The translations under genes were made by a program, and so were the position numbers. Shown here in pieces: positions 1-11,989 of a DNA stretch of 64,000 nucleotides. This DNA comes from Lophium mytilinum (Eukaryota), in contig MU004190.1 in the NCBI GenBank assembly GCA_010093605.1, positions 124,001-188,000 on the forward strand, written 5' to 3'. The notes beneath the pieces are model-generated. The model saw nothing but the letters and a program-made list of their open reading frames with translations, was not told the DNA's origin and made no database searches. Within the stretch, counting starts at the first letter, position 1; each line of letters starts with the position of its first letter.

Positions 1-1062
1 CTCGTGGTACCAGTCTTCTAGGACGGCGCACTTTATCGTCACTGGTTGGTCATAAGGTCCGAAGACTGGCGGAGGTGTGATAGTACGCGGAGTCGGCGGC
101 CGAATCGCTTTTCGGCAAGCTGGGCAAGGCTTTGGTGGGCTGGTCGACTCGACCCATCTCTTGATGCAGTTTCGGCAGAAGACATGGTTACACTCGAGCC
201 GAGCAGCTCTTTTAGGGCCCTTGTACGTAAATTGCTCGAGGCAGATCAGACAGCGCGTGTCCTCTTCGGAGTCGCCCAGTTCGTCGCGCCATGCATCAGT
301 TAGCCGCGAATCAATTGGAGGGGTTTTCCACTTCTTCAACCCGTTGTAGCTGTCCAGTCTCCCGATTCTTCCCATAGCAAGCTGGACGGAGTGGTACGCT
401 CGGTCAGTCTTTGCAAGTCGCAAAGTCTCCATTCGATCCCACCATACCTTGAGGGGCTGTTGCTGACGCTCTGCCTGTCGTTTCAGACGTGCGCCCAACT
501 CCATCCATTTGAGAAGGGTCATCGAGTAGTCTTCCGACTCGCGGATGGGGAAGAGGCCTCCATTGGGGATGTCTATTTCAGTATTTCGGGATACGAAGAA
601 CTGGAAATAGCCAGTCACTAGGCCAAGTGTTGTCCTCCCCGCGTATTTGCTCACCCGATCCATATCATGCTCCAGCCGCTCCGCAGCATGGCAGACTTGT
701 CCGCCAGAAGCCTGTTCGTTTTCATATATGTACTGCGCCGTTCTTTCTTGTCCGATGATATCGCTTGACACAGGGTCTGCTGCTGCTTCGGTGATTGAAA
801 AGTACATGCAGTCTTCCGACCTCCATGGGGGTGGTGCAGGATCTGGTTCCATTCTGTTCTCTTGGTTGTCTGGTCGGAAAAGTCGCAATATAAAAGGTTC
901 GTCTTGAGAATGGTCGTAGATCGATCTGCATTTCTCGAGTAGTGCGTGGTCCGGGCAGAGATATTGGGTGAAATGGTGCGGTCTCCATCGCTCCCCGTTG
1001 TCCTGAAAGCGGTGTTGGCCGAATGAGCTGTTGAGATCTCGCGGTTGTACGTCGTTTGACAT
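1..1062 (-). CDS. RING-finger (C3HC4) protein, 3' end runs off the window
   Basis: Manual translation: ATG at 1062, open for 354 codons to position 1 (absent from the ORF track because there is no stop). Contains CLICLEQFTYKGPKRAARLECNHVFCRNCIKRWVESTSPPKPCPACR at about 252-113. Confidence 0.85.
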   Translation of the reverse strand, partial: MSNDVQPRDLNSSFGQHRFQDNGERWRPHHFTQYLCPDHALLEKCRSIYDHSQDEPFILRLFRPDNQENRMEPDPAPPPWRSEDCMYFSITEAAADPVSSDIIGQERTAQYIYENEQASGGQVCHAAERLEHDMDRVSKYAGRTTLGLVTGYFQFFVSRNTEIDIPNGGLFPIRESEDYSMTLLKWMELGARLKRQAERQQQPLKVWWDRMETLRLAKTDRAYHSVQLAMGRIGRLDSYNGLKKWKTPPIDSRLTDAWRDELGDSEEDTRCLICLEQFTYKGPKRAARLECNHVFCRNCIKRWVESTSPPKPCPACRKAIRPPTPRTITPPPVFGPYDQPVTIKCAVLEDWYHE

Positions 1063-2533
1063 TTCGGATATCTTTATTTTCAAGGGTAATTGCTTTAGCG
1101 GGCGTAGCTGTGGACGCTTGACGTCAAGCTTGCCCGTGGGACGTATTTGTCGTCGTAGTCTAAATTAAAATGGACGCACTGAGACTGAGTTAAGCGCTCG
1201 CTTTCAGGAAGCAGGCAAGGATCTTCGCTAGCTGTTTTCAAAGCTATCGCAAACCTAGGGTATTTTATAGCGTGGGGTCAACGACATTGTTCAAGGTGAA
1301 GCCATCGTCGGGTTAGCCAGCAAGGGAAACGGCCGAGTATTCTAGAGGAGTCCGCGCGAGAAACATCCACTGACTTCCACCGTCTACAGGGACAGAAGGA
1401 GATGTAGGAGCTTGCTACCTAAGTAAAGCCACGAAGCTGATGTGGTGTTGTTGCCTGCAGGTGTGAGCCTAGTGGCGGACGGCAAGACGCTGCTTTAACG
1501 GACTTAACGCTAGTTCTAATCGGCTACTAGCGCTGATGACACTCCTCAGTCCGCGACCTCCAGACCTCAGCGACCTCATCCCATTTCCCCCATCTCGTCC
1601 TCCTGCTCTTATGCTCGTCCGGACAGTCTCACTGTGGTAATGAGGCCAAGCATGTTCGACCAAATCTACATATTCAAAGACCAAACTGATGAACCAGCTT
1701 GTCCGAAACCCTCACATTGTTTGTGAGCGATATGGCTTAAAATATCGTGCTCAGCCCGTGATGGAGACAGTTTCATGGCTCGATAGAACCTCCACGTCTG
1801 AGAGTTTACCGCTCTCTTCAGCTTCTGATCAAGGAAGTACCACAACTATAGACAGCGCACCAGGATCTCGTCATTTTTTAGGAAGCTTATGTGCCTAGTA
1901 TGTCCTTCCGCCTCTCTGAACAGGCGTCCGGTTGCCTTCGCCTTTGACTATTCAGGAATGACTTCTGTATATGTTCTTGAATCTTCTCGCAACCTAATAA
2001 GGACGTATCTTAGCCACTGTTTTCTTACCAATCTCGCCTTTGACATCTCGGAGATTGGTTTAGCGGACTTCGAGAAGCGCATCCATTGATTGCTTTAGCC
2101 CTAGAGCCCGACTAGTCTTTCGTGGTTGCGGTAACGCGTGGTCTTTTCTACGACGAGCGTAGGACTGCACAGACAATGCTTCCAGGTGAGCGGCACCCAA
2201 GAGGTGTACTCATGATGTGACATACACATTCACCTCGGGCATCGAATCAACACTGGCAAACACAACCACCCTGTTAAATGTCACTACAGCGTCAATAACT
2301 CACAGGTACGTCAGAGTCACTGTTTTGAAGGCCGAACTTCTCCTATTTGAACCCCTCGGACAAATTTGAATCCACTATTTTGCAAACCATCCACTTCATA
2401 CACCCACCACTACCACACCAACAATACCACTATTTGTGGGGCTTGATTTTCAGGAAAGCCGAGCTTGATCCCGATCTGTATTTAAGGGAAAATCCAGCTT
2501 CGGACTACTGTAGCCTTACCGTTCAGCACCGGC

Positions 2534-4999
2534 ATGGCTGATGGAATTCCTCGCTTTGAGAGATACAGGACGTACAAAAGGCTTACAGAAAAGATTGCAG
2601 ACTTCCTGATCGACAGTTCCGGATATACCCCTTCGCCGCCGAAGGACAATCGCTCAACGTTTTTGCAAAAGGTGCCAAACACGAGGACTTATCTCAACCT
2701 GACTAAGATCATCGTTCAATCAGGACCGCCCCTGATACAGATTTCCGACGACGTTCTTAGGACCATTGACCAGGTCATATGTCTCCGAAAGAAACATACA
2801 GCGACCTTTACGACGTTGTCAAGGGTAGACTTGAAAACTCGGCAACAAAACGACAGTCATATATATTTCACTTCAGTACTAGAGAGAGTACGAGACGATT
2901 TGTATAACCACCAAAAACGTACCCCAAGAGATACTACATCGATTGAGGATATACTTACTACTGCGGAACCAGATATGAGTTTGGCGGCCTTATCAGAGCA
3001 GCCTTCGGTAAACTATAGGGAAGAGCGTCTCGAACCTGGCGACGTCCTGCCAGACTTGGCTTCCACTGCCACTATTGAAGAAGATATGCCCCTCAATCTG
3101 GATTCCGAACGGCAAATCGCAATTGATTTCTTCCTCGACGATCTCATGGAAGTCCGCGTTTACCTTCGTGAGATCTGGACGATCTACAAAGAGCGGAGAA
3201 TCACTCTGGTCACTGCTTCGCTTGTCACCAACTTTGCGATCGATATCTTGAAGAGGGCCGTAGTGGATCTACAAGAGGACTTGTCACAGTTGACCGGAGA
3301 CGTGGAATTGATAAATCCGGCAATCATCGATTGCTGGACTCAGGTCTGTAAAGAGGCCGGCATCTCGGTAGACTTGCCTACACCCGAGAAATACGCCCAG
3401 GTTCCTTCGTTAGTCGCTGCCGCAGACAGGATGTGTGTTCAGGTCTTGGTACCCCAGCCGGACGCAACCCTCGTTCCTGCTCTCCTCGAAGGTTTCGAAC
3501 AGCTTGGGAGATATCGACCTGATGCATCTTTCCTCGCTGAAGATGAATTGACGAAATGCCTTTCTGTCAGCAATGCATCAGACGAGAAGGAAGAGTGGAG
3601 ATATCTTGCCTTACAGATTCTCGTCGACGTCCACAAAGTTTTGAGAACGTCAGTCCAGGACCCAATCAAAGACCTAGAAACGGTGGTTGTGAATACTCTG
3701 ACGTCCGTTGATGAATTTTTCCATCGTGAGAGGGCGCTGGGGTTAGATACATCCGAAGTACGCATCGAAGATTTTGTGGGACTAGGTCAAGCCATCCTAG
3801 ACAAAGTCGCACCCGATTGTGTTGCCGAAGCTGTTGAAAAGGCCAACAAAATACAAATTTCGCAATCTACAAATTCTAAGAAGCGACGCAAGAGGAAGGG
3901 AAAGCAAAACTCAAATCAGTCTGAAGTTCCCAAACAAGCGGAAGAGGCTCCTCCGCCTTATTTTCTTTATGGAAACAACCCAATCCTATGCGGAGTCAAT
4001 ATCTATGGGATGCAAGCGCCTTTGCAGAACCTTAGCATTACTCGACTTGTGCTCCACGCGCACGTTCTCTCGGTCATTCACCTATACAACACACTCATAC
4101 AATGTGGCTTCCTCGAGGAAATGTGGCAAGATCTCGAATATGTTATCAACGTTCACACGCCTCTTCGACTGTTTGCAGGCTCGCGGCCAACGAAGCCGGA
4201 GGAATTTTCAAACCGTGCGTATCTCGTCTGGGGTGTCTCAGCTGCGCAAGTTGCTAAGAATCGAGGACGCTGGGCGACTACCAACCCTGACCGCTACCAG
4301 TATGCGGGTAACGATGCCCAACGGAAACGAGGGTTCCAAATCGAGAGCCCGCTCATGTTACTGTTACGCGAGAGGTATCGAGCTGAAGGTCCCTCTCCTA
4401 TGGCGGTTCAGAACCTGAGCGCTTACCTGGTGAAAAGGTTGGACGAGGAGGCAGCGGCCCGTGATTCTGATACGCAGAAGAGACCTCAAGATCTTACCTC
4501 TGGTGAGAACGATGCGCCCAACCTCGGAGGAGACGATGTTGCAGCTAGCAAGAAGCCGGGACAGAAAAGGAAGGGGAGGAACGGCAAATACAAGAAGCCC
4601 AAACGTGGGGGTAAAAATGCAGCCAGCCTCAAACGCCCGGATTCTACGAGACCGAGCAAGTACTCCGCGACCGACGTGTTGTCCACTCTCACCCAAGAGC
4701 TCATCAAAGAAGAGCTTCACATGAACTTTAACTACCTCGCACTACAGCATCGGTGCGTCGAGCTTCTGCTGTCCATTCAACGTTTCTTTCGGGCCGCTTA
4801 CCCAACGATGGGTGGAGGAGTTCACGATCTTCCGCCATACATGCTGTCAGCCTTGGTCTTTTTGATCATGGACTGTTATGCGGAGAAGCCAGAGTCTCCT
4901 GAGCGTAAGTGGCTGATGGGTGGGTTTGCGCAAATAATGAAGACTTTGATCATGGAGGCTGGGAGGGCAGAGTTGGACCGGTTGGAGGAAGTGTATTAG
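2534..4999 (+). CDS. DUF6604-like domain protein (821 aa)
   Basis: Single long ORF. N-terminal YRTYKRLTEKIADFL...VICLRKK...SHIYFTSVLERVR resembles DUF6604; NPILCG and HLYN...WQDLE motifs are typical of this fungal family. Confidence 0.7.
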   Translation: MADGIPRFERYRTYKRLTEKIADFLIDSSGYTPSPPKDNRSTFLQKVPNTRTYLNLTKIIVQSGPPLIQISDDVLRTIDQVICLRKKHTATFTTLSRVDLKTRQQNDSHIYFTSVLERVRDDLYNHQKRTPRDTTSIEDILTTAEPDMSLAALSEQPSVNYREERLEPGDVLPDLASTATIEEDMPLNLDSERQIAIDFFLDDLMEVRVYLREIWTIYKERRITLVTASLVTNFAIDILKRAVVDLQEDLSQLTGDVELINPAIIDCWTQVCKEAGISVDLPTPEKYAQVPSLVAAADRMCVQVLVPQPDATLVPALLEGFEQLGRYRPDASFLAEDELTKCLSVSNASDEKEEWRYLALQILVDVHKVLRTSVQDPIKDLETVVVNTLTSVDEFFHRERALGLDTSEVRIEDFVGLGQAILDKVAPDCVAEAVEKANKIQISQSTNSKKRRKRKGKQNSNQSEVPKQAEEAPPPYFLYGNNPILCGVNIYGMQAPLQNLSITRLVLHAHVLSVIHLYNTLIQCGFLEEMWQDLEYVINVHTPLRLFAGSRPTKPEEFSNRAYLVWGVSAAQVAKNRGRWATTNPDRYQYAGNDAQRKRGFQIESPLMLLLRERYRAEGPSPMAVQNLSAYLVKRLDEEAAARDSDTQKRPQDLTSGENDAPNLGGDDVAASKKPGQKRKGRNGKYKKPKRGGKNAASLKRPDSTRPSKYSATDVLSTLTQELIKEELHMNFNYLALQHRCVELLLSIQRFFRAAYPTMGGGVHDLPPYMLSALVFLIMDCYAEKPESPERKWLMGGFAQIMKTLIMEAGRAELDRLEEVY

Positions 5000-5449
5000 C
5001 GTTAGAGTGCATTCCTTTTGGTGTCTGATATTGCAATTTCTCTTATTCAGCAAGTACTTTTCAAAACGTCAGGCATTTTTGCTTGAAGGAATCTTTAAGG
5101 GTTCAAACGCAGCCCTGCGCAAAGTATCTTATACTAAGACGCAAGCAATATATAATACATCCGTGATATCAGTCATATAAACTGTAGCAAACAGTCTCGA
5201 CGTATATGCTATGTGCGATCTCAATACCTACCGTATCTCACATAAGTGAAGTCAGCTGTTCAACGACCTGATGATGTTCCTATACCTAAAGACAGACTGG
5301 ACTACCTGACCCTATAGCAACCTTTCCCGCCGACAACGCCACTGCTGCCCATTCGCACTGGTTACCATAGCAATAGACCTTGAGGCAGCATATGCTCGAT
5401 TCACCTTCACTTGAATTGAAAAGGAGGCGTCCAGGGCGTTGGCAGTATG

Positions 5450-6800
5450 GGTTGAAAATAAGCTTTAGGCACTGCAGGACCTATAATGTTATGCCCATCC
5501 TCCGCATGTGGCAGCTCGGGACGACTTTTCGCACCTGATGAAGACTCTGTACTCGCCAACTATTATTGTGCGCCATCTCCAATATCCCAGGCGACTTCTT
5601 GCTTTTAATTTCCTTCTTGATCTCTTGGTAGATATAGGCGGCTCTCTTTCTAATAGTATTAGTTCTCGTAGCAACTAGGAAATGTAATGTTTGCGATGGG
5701 GTGACGTGGAGATGTAGGTCATTAAGTTGGTTGAAAGTGTTCGGCGGGTGAGCGTTTAGATTATACTTGCTAACAGAAAGCGTTCTACTTTCGGAAGGAC
5801 ATCGCAGCCCACCATGCTCTTAAAGATAGCGCCAGGCTCCTCTTAATTACGGTTACGGGGATTCTTAACAAATACTTCTCTGGTTTTGGCCCCTGGGATT
5901 ATACATACAATTAAGGAAGAACCCCCACTAAGACTAGGATTAGGCTTAACCTATTGATAGAGCGTATGCCGCTAGTCCTATAAGTTTTGTTAGGTAGGAT
6001 ATTTACTGACCATCCTATATCTTACACCTGGGCTTCAGCAACGTTCTTAAAGTTATGCTTGTATAGACTTACTCAACAAAGCACCATGTATGACGTAGCT
6101 TCCGTTGGGTCCCTGGGTGTATAATAATCGCAGATATACGGTCGCTGTTTCGCGGAACGGTGCCTGTGGATTGGGATCTCGTTAGCAGCATGGGATTAGG
6201 GCTAGTTCCGGAATCCCAACGCATATATCGCCCGCCGGCGAACTTTGAACCTCTCGAAATACAAATATTTAGGTTGCCGTCGCCGCTGCTTAAGTTAAAA
6301 GCACGCACTAGACAATTATCAGCAAGTTTGGCTGTATTCGCGCGGCTTAGGTGGTATTAGACCCATTATTCAACATCTATCTCCGTTTACAGCAGGAACT
6401 CGCAAACCTAGAACAGAAAGTCCGAAGAGCTAACACGTTACACTGGAGCAAGAGATTCTGGATCATGTGGGAAAAGGCCAACTCCTGGCTTTTTTCAGTT
6501 GTTCGACTTCACGACGACATAGCATGCCTTTGTTCACATATACTGCAATGATACATGGAGCCTAATGGAGTCCGGTTTCAGTACCGTGCATGTTTTATTG
6601 TGCGAGAGAGCATCTATGAGGTAGAAGACAGCTAGTTACAAGTAATCGATAGACGACTAGCTGGTTGGCACGAGAGTTTTGGTGAACGCTAGCAATCGAC
6701 ATAGAACGCCATGGGCCAACATTCAAGAGCATCCACACTAGGATGTTCAATATCCTCGGCCTTACCAGACTTACCATAGAAGATACGAAGTTGGACCATC
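5450..6800. pseudogene. Degenerate, TpA-rich coding relic (possibly RIP-mutated)
   Basis: Fragmented frames; the 6351 + frame continues past TGA/TAG stops (YMEPNGVRFQYRACFIVRESIYEVEDS*LQVIDRR). Conspicuous TA/TAG enrichment at 5640-6070. Origin not identifiable. Confidence 0.3.
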
Positions 6801-6850
6801 CGCAATATGCCAGCCGTCTTGTTCTGCGTTATGTTCTGCCTTGCCGGCCG

Positions 6851-7483
6851 TCAAATCCATCCGTCACATCCGCCCCGTCCACTTGGTCTTACTTTCGGCA
6901 AATGATGATCGAAGTGAAGCCACTGACCTCCCAGTCCCTGTAAAACTCCCAGATGATCCCGGACAGGCCAGTACCAGAATAGTTGCTGCATTGTGCTGTA
7001 CCGCTCGAGAAACTCCTGCATTGCAGGTGGCGGTGTCAAATCGACGTGCACGCACTTGACGGTTTCTGGGAGCTCTCGGAGCTCGTGAAAGAGACTGATC
7101 CAATCAGGGCAGCGCACATCTTCCAACAAATTCGAAGAGAAATAATTGTGGACCCAGCGAGGGAGCTCCGTCCCAAAAATCAAAATAGTGATCTTCTCGA
7201 TGCCACGCCATTCGCGATTGGAGGCTTCTGCCAGCTTTTCGTAGTGAGTCTGGACAGACTTCACATTGCGGGCAGCCAGTGGGTTCGGGATGGGCTCGAG
7301 TGAGTTGGGGCCTGGTAGCCAGCTGCGGAGTACCTCGGTGATGTCTGCCTGTAGAGTTTTGCAGACACCATTGAGCGGTGTGGACGTGTGGAAGCTGTCG
7401 TGATTGACGATGACGGTGATGGTGTTGGCGACAATCTGCTGGCGGATTTCAGCCGGCAGGGTCTCGAGAGCTTGTGTAGACAT
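6851..7483 (-). CDS. Hypothetical protein with F-box-like N-terminal motif
   Basis: 210-aa ORF starting MSTQALETLPAEIRQQI (LxxLPxEIxxxI pattern), with a C/A-rich 5' UTR upstream. The 3' end is uncertain. Confidence 0.55.
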   Translation of the reverse strand: MSTQALETLPAEIRQQIVANTITVIVNHDSFHTSTPLNGVCKTLQADITEVLRSWLPGPNSLEPIPNPLAARNVKSVQTHYEKLAEASNREWRGIEKITILIFGTELPRWVHNYFSSNLLEDVRCPDWISLFHELRELPETVKCVHVDLTPPPAMQEFLERYSTMQQLFWYWPVRDHLGVLQGLGGQWLHFDHHLPKVRPSGRGGCDGWI

Positions 7484-8851
7484 TGCGCGAGGGGAGGTGT
7501 TGTTCTGGTGGAGGATGTTGTTCTGGTTCGTGATGTGTTTTGGTGATTGGTTCTGTTTTGTGTGGGGGCTGTTGTGCTTGGTAGTTGTGGGGTCAAGGTG
7601 GATGAGGAGGTAGTGATGAGAAGAAGGACTAACAAGTCAACCGACCTTTGAAGCGTGTGTGCGGATATGGAGAGGTGAATGCATCTGCTGGAACCGCCTC
7701 TGTACGTAATCCCTTGCCGGTGATTTTCCGCATTCACACTGTAACGCAAAACATTCACCCATGTCTTGAAATTTACATCCAAACAGAAAATAGAAGTGTG
7801 ATGCTCGGTTGTTCGCCTATCATATGCATACTCATGCTAGATATACTCCTACTCTGTTTGAAATCTAAGCTACTCCTATAAGTAGGTTGCTGAAATTGGT
7901 TGCTTTATAGGCCGTAGCATCTAAAAGTAGCTGGAACACGTCTAGATCCCACATATTTAGGTACCGACCCTGCAGTCCTGGTTGTTCCGGGCGTACCATC
8001 GTTCCAAGACTGGACAGTGAAGCTATCAGGCTGAATCAATTCGGATTGGTCTATTGGATTCGTGAAAGTTTTGGACTCGTGTGAAATGGCTTATAGACAT
8101 GTGACAGCCTGAAATAATTGTCTGTAGACCGCTCTGTGGTTTAGCTACAGCTTAGAATGATGCTAATAACCACTTGGACGGGGTGCGTTGAGTTGCCGAG
8201 AAACTTAGAGGAAGCGGCGCTGCGAGTAAGACGCTCCTAGAGCAAATACTGAAGAATGATAAAACCCATTGTGCATGTAGAGCAACGAATAAAATGAAAT
8301 CTTTAATAATATCATGTTCATGGCGTTGAACGCGTTCGGAAGAGCTGAGATTGATGTTGAACAGCGCGCTTACATTGCAAGTATCGGATGATAAAGATTG
8401 TGCGCGGGGTGTTCGCAGCACATTGAGTGTGAAGCGGCTGGATAGCCTAACTAACTATACTAGCTTTGCCGGAACTTACGCTCTAAATTTCTTTACTCTC
8501 AAGCTGAGTTTTCCACGAAGTCAACTGATACCGGCTGCCGACTTCATTCTACCTATAGTACTCCGGGACATGATCCGATTTTGACATACGCGTTATCTAG
8601 CCCCGGCATGCAGTACATCCCACTAACTGAGTTTGAAAGAAACGGCCCCCACGATGCGGGGTCATGTCACACCTATCCTTCTACCATGCAGGGCAGGCGA
8701 ATTTGCGCAAGCGTTTGGGTCGTGTCGAGTACTTCTGCCTAGAAGCGCTCGGCCGGAGGTACCGCACTCCTTTTTCCTAGCTTAACAAGACATTTCGGTC
8801 CTACTTTCTCTAGCACTACCTTAGTGTTCTTCTCGGATCTTTGAAATAGCC

Positions 8852-10825
8852 ATGGTGCGCAACGAGTACCGCTATAGCGGTATCACAAGCGCCCCGAATC
8901 ACATCAGGCTGCTGACACTGCTTCCGGGGTTACACAACGACACCATCCGAATCACTCTCACTGACGTGGATCTTTCTCTCAACGACGACCATTCCGTTTC
9001 GTTTCCTCTGTATGAGTGCTTGTCGTACACCTGGGGCGATTCTACCGACCGTACTATCATCTACGTTGACGGCAGGGTCATTACCGTGACCAAGAACCTC
9101 GGCGAGGCTCTGAAGTACCTTCGACACTATGAAATTCCACGCGTGCTTTGGATTGATGCGTTATGCATCAATCAAGGAGATATGGCAGAGAGAAGTATGC
9201 AAGTCGGTCGCATGTCAGACATCTACTCCAGAGCGACCAGAGTCGTTGTATGGCTAGGGCCGGAATCCGAGGACAGCAACCTTGCGTTGGACACCTTCAT
9301 CGACCTCAGCAACACGATCGACCTGGATCTAGCCACTCAGACCTTTAAACCATTGAAATACGACCCAGAGAATCTATGCGACCGGCACACAGTGCTGCCT
9401 TTCACGACAAAAGCGCAGGTTCAAGCCATATGCAACCTCTACAAACGCCCCTGGTTCGAGCGCCTCTGGGTATGGCAAGAAATCCGGCTCGGAAACTCAA
9501 AGTCGCTGCTCGTCTCCGGCCACAAAAGCATGCTCTGGCGCCGCTTCTACGTCGTCAGCTTCTTCCTTCTGTGGAAAGGCGAATTCGGGCTCGGCGACCA
9601 CTACTGGACCGTCAAAGACCGCCTCGAGATCGTAAACGCCATGATGAACAACATCACCCAATCCCCCATGGCATCCCTCTCCCTCCGAACCTGCCACAGC
9701 AAATGCAGCGAACCGCGCGACCGCGTCTACGCCCTCATGGGCATAACAACGGACCAAGTCAAGCTGAAACCAGACTACACGCTCCCCATCAGCGACGTCT
9801 ACAAAGACGTCCTCCTGCAGAACCTCTCGCAGCTCAACAACCTCGAGCTCCTAACCTCCTGCTCCCACCGCCCCGGCCCCCGCGACATCCCCTCCTGGGC
9901 GCCCGACTGGCGTTTCCCCAACCAACGCAAACGCTTCTTCGACCTCGACGGCGCCGGCGAGCCACCCGCCCACGCCCGCTTCCACGCCCCGAACAGCCTC
10001 CTCGCATCCGGCGCGCACATCTGCACCATCGCCACCGTCGCGCCCCTCGGCCAAACCGAGTCCGACGACGCCATCATCGACCGGCTCCGCGAGCTCGCGC
10101 CGGCTAGCTTGCTCGAAACGCCGTATGTCGCCGGCGGCACGACGCTGGACGCCTACTGCCGCGCCCTCTTTGCGAACGAGTTTACGGAGCGCTACCAGCC
10201 CGCCGGCGAGCTCCTCGGCTTCCAGAACTACGCGGATGCGTTGCGCCACTTGCTCCCCGGGGATGCGAAGCGCGATCGGAAGAGTCTCGCGCATTTTGTT
10301 AAGGACTATCGCATCCAGACTGCCGGCCGCTCGCTCGTTACGACGGCGAAGGGGTATGTGGGCCTTGCGCCGCAGGAGGCGGAGCCGGAGGATGAGGTCG
10401 TGCATGTGCTCGGTTGTAGGTGGCCGCTGGTTTTGCGGCCGGAGGCGGAGAAGGGGTTTAAGGTGGTTGGGCATGCGTATGTAGACGGGGCGAATGACCG
10501 CGAGGCGATTCTGGGGCCGTTGCCGGAGCACTATTCGAATGTGGCATTGTATGATGCGGGGACGGCGAAGTGGTGGCCGGCGTATATGGATGGGCGGACG
10601 AGGGAGGTGCGGATCGAGGATCCGAGAATGGGGCCGTTGCCGGAGGGGTGGAGGGTAAGGCGACATGCGGAGGAGAAGATGTGGATTTGGTATGTGCGGG
10701 ATGATCAGGACATAGGGGCGTTGGAGGGGCTGAAGACGGAGAGGAAGTGGCGGAGTGATCCGAGATTAATTGTGGAAGCTTTGAAGAAGAGGGGGATTGC
10801 GATTCAGGAGTGGGAACTTGTGTGA
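8852..10825 (+). CDS. HET-domain (Het-6-like) heterokaryon incompatibility protein
   Basis: IRLLTL, YECLSYTWG, LWIDALCINQGD..ERSMQV..M.DIYSRA.RVVVWLG, PWFERLWVWQE, CSEPRDRVYAL, PSWAPDW and C-terminal GY.GLAP...GC..PLVLR....VGHAYVDG. Confidence 0.92.
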   Translation: MVRNEYRYSGITSAPNHIRLLTLLPGLHNDTIRITLTDVDLSLNDDHSVSFPLYECLSYTWGDSTDRTIIYVDGRVITVTKNLGEALKYLRHYEIPRVLWIDALCINQGDMAERSMQVGRMSDIYSRATRVVVWLGPESEDSNLALDTFIDLSNTIDLDLATQTFKPLKYDPENLCDRHTVLPFTTKAQVQAICNLYKRPWFERLWVWQEIRLGNSKSLLVSGHKSMLWRRFYVVSFFLLWKGEFGLGDHYWTVKDRLEIVNAMMNNITQSPMASLSLRTCHSKCSEPRDRVYALMGITTDQVKLKPDYTLPISDVYKDVLLQNLSQLNNLELLTSCSHRPGPRDIPSWAPDWRFPNQRKRFFDLDGAGEPPAHARFHAPNSLLASGAHICTIATVAPLGQTESDDAIIDRLRELAPASLLETPYVAGGTTLDAYCRALFANEFTERYQPAGELLGFQNYADALRHLLPGDAKRDRKSLAHFVKDYRIQTAGRSLVTTAKGYVGLAPQEAEPEDEVVHVLGCRWPLVLRPEAEKGFKVVGHAYVDGANDREAILGPLPEHYSNVALYDAGTAKWWPAYMDGRTREVRIEDPRMGPLPEGWRVRRHAEEKMWIWYVRDDQDIGALEGLKTERKWRSDPRLIVEALKKRGIAIQEWELV

Positions 10826-11134
10826 GATCGTTATGTTGGATGAAGTTGTCTTGGATTACGACGTGTAAAGTAGGTGGTGGGAATCTTATGACTTTGCTTG
10901 GTACTGTAACCCTGATGGGAGCGCTCCAAGAATCTAGGAGAAAAGGGACAAGAGAGACCTGGCTTGCAGAGGATAACTGATCAATACAAAGCAACTGAGG
11001 ACATCCAAACAGAAGAAGAATTGTTACCCAAAGAGCCGTTCCAAAACAACAAGATTGAAACCAAAAATACCGCTAAACCATCTTACATTGCATTTCCATA
11101 ACCCTTTCATCTGTCATAAATCATCAATCGTCAC

Positions 11135-11989
11135 TCAATACCCATTCCCCGGCCGACACTCCCACCCCTTCTTCCTCCTCTCCTCCCGCCGCTTATGCCG
11201 CTCCTCCCTCTTCTCCCGCAACTCCTTATGCTCGGCATGCAACTCCCGCGCCTCCTTCACCTCCTTCGCGCTCTGATAGATCCCCAGCGCCGAGATCCCC
11301 ACAGCACCCAACTCCTGCCACCGCTGCTGCTTCTTCTTCTTCTTCGCCTCACCTTCCGACATATCGCCCTCCGCCACCGCCGTCTTGCGCTCTTTCGCCA
11401 GCTCCATAGCCTTGTGGATGCTGCCGGCCGCGTGGATGGTCGCAATACCCGTTAGACCGAAGGTCAAGTATTTCTTGCGGCGCGCGGATTTGATATGCTC
11501 GTTGTCTGAGGAGGTAGAGCCGAGGTCGGAGGTGGATTGGTCGCCTTTGTCGTCGTTTTTCTTGCCGCCTTTCTGGTTGCCTTTCTGGCCGCCTTTCTGG
11601 CCGCCCTTCTGACCGCCCTTCTGGTCGTCGCTCTGATCGTCGCTCTGACCGCCCTGGGATCGGGCACGTTGGGGCCGCCGCGAGCGCGGGGGGATGGAGC
11701 CCTCGCTGTCGTAGTAGCGGTCGAGGTCTTCGCTTTGAGGGCGGGGGCGGCGGGCGAGGCTGCGGTTTTGGCGGTCGTTGTAGGGGCCGGATTGGTTCTG
11801 GCGGTCGTTGTATGGAGCTAACTGGCGGTCCTGGTATTGGTTCTGATTGGAGTATTGGTCTTGGAACTCCGGGGGCGCTCGTCTGACAATGACTTCGCCG
11901 GGACGAACTTCGGAGCGGCGTTTGGCTATGTAGCCGTCTGGTGTTCTTGGGCGCCGGGGCCGGGGGGAGTAGTAGTCGTAGTCGGACAT
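11135..11989 (-). CDS. DUF3824-family-like charged protein
   Basis: Likely start MSDYDYY at 11989. C-terminal GLTGIATIHAA...AVAEGDMSEGEA...VGISALGI segment is characteristic. Internal QKGG repeats. Confidence 0.65.
   Translation of the reverse strand: MSDYDYYSPRPRRPRTPDGYIAKRRSEVRPGEVIVRRAPPEFQDQYSNQNQYQDRQLAPYNDRQNQSGPYNDRQNRSLARRPRPQSEDLDRYYDSEGSIPPRSRRPQRARSQGGQSDDQSDDQKGGQKGGQKGGQKGNQKGGKKNDDKGDQSTSDLGSTSSDNEHIKSARRKKYLTFGLTGIATIHAAGSIHKAMELAKERKTAVAEGDMSEGEAKKKKKQQRWQELGAVGISALGIYQSAKEVKEARELHAEHKELREKREERHKRREERRKKGWECRPGNGY

Noticed and set aside
9376..10994. Several long overlapping ORFs within the HET gene
   Set aside because: By-products of high GC3 and skew; no recognisable motifs.
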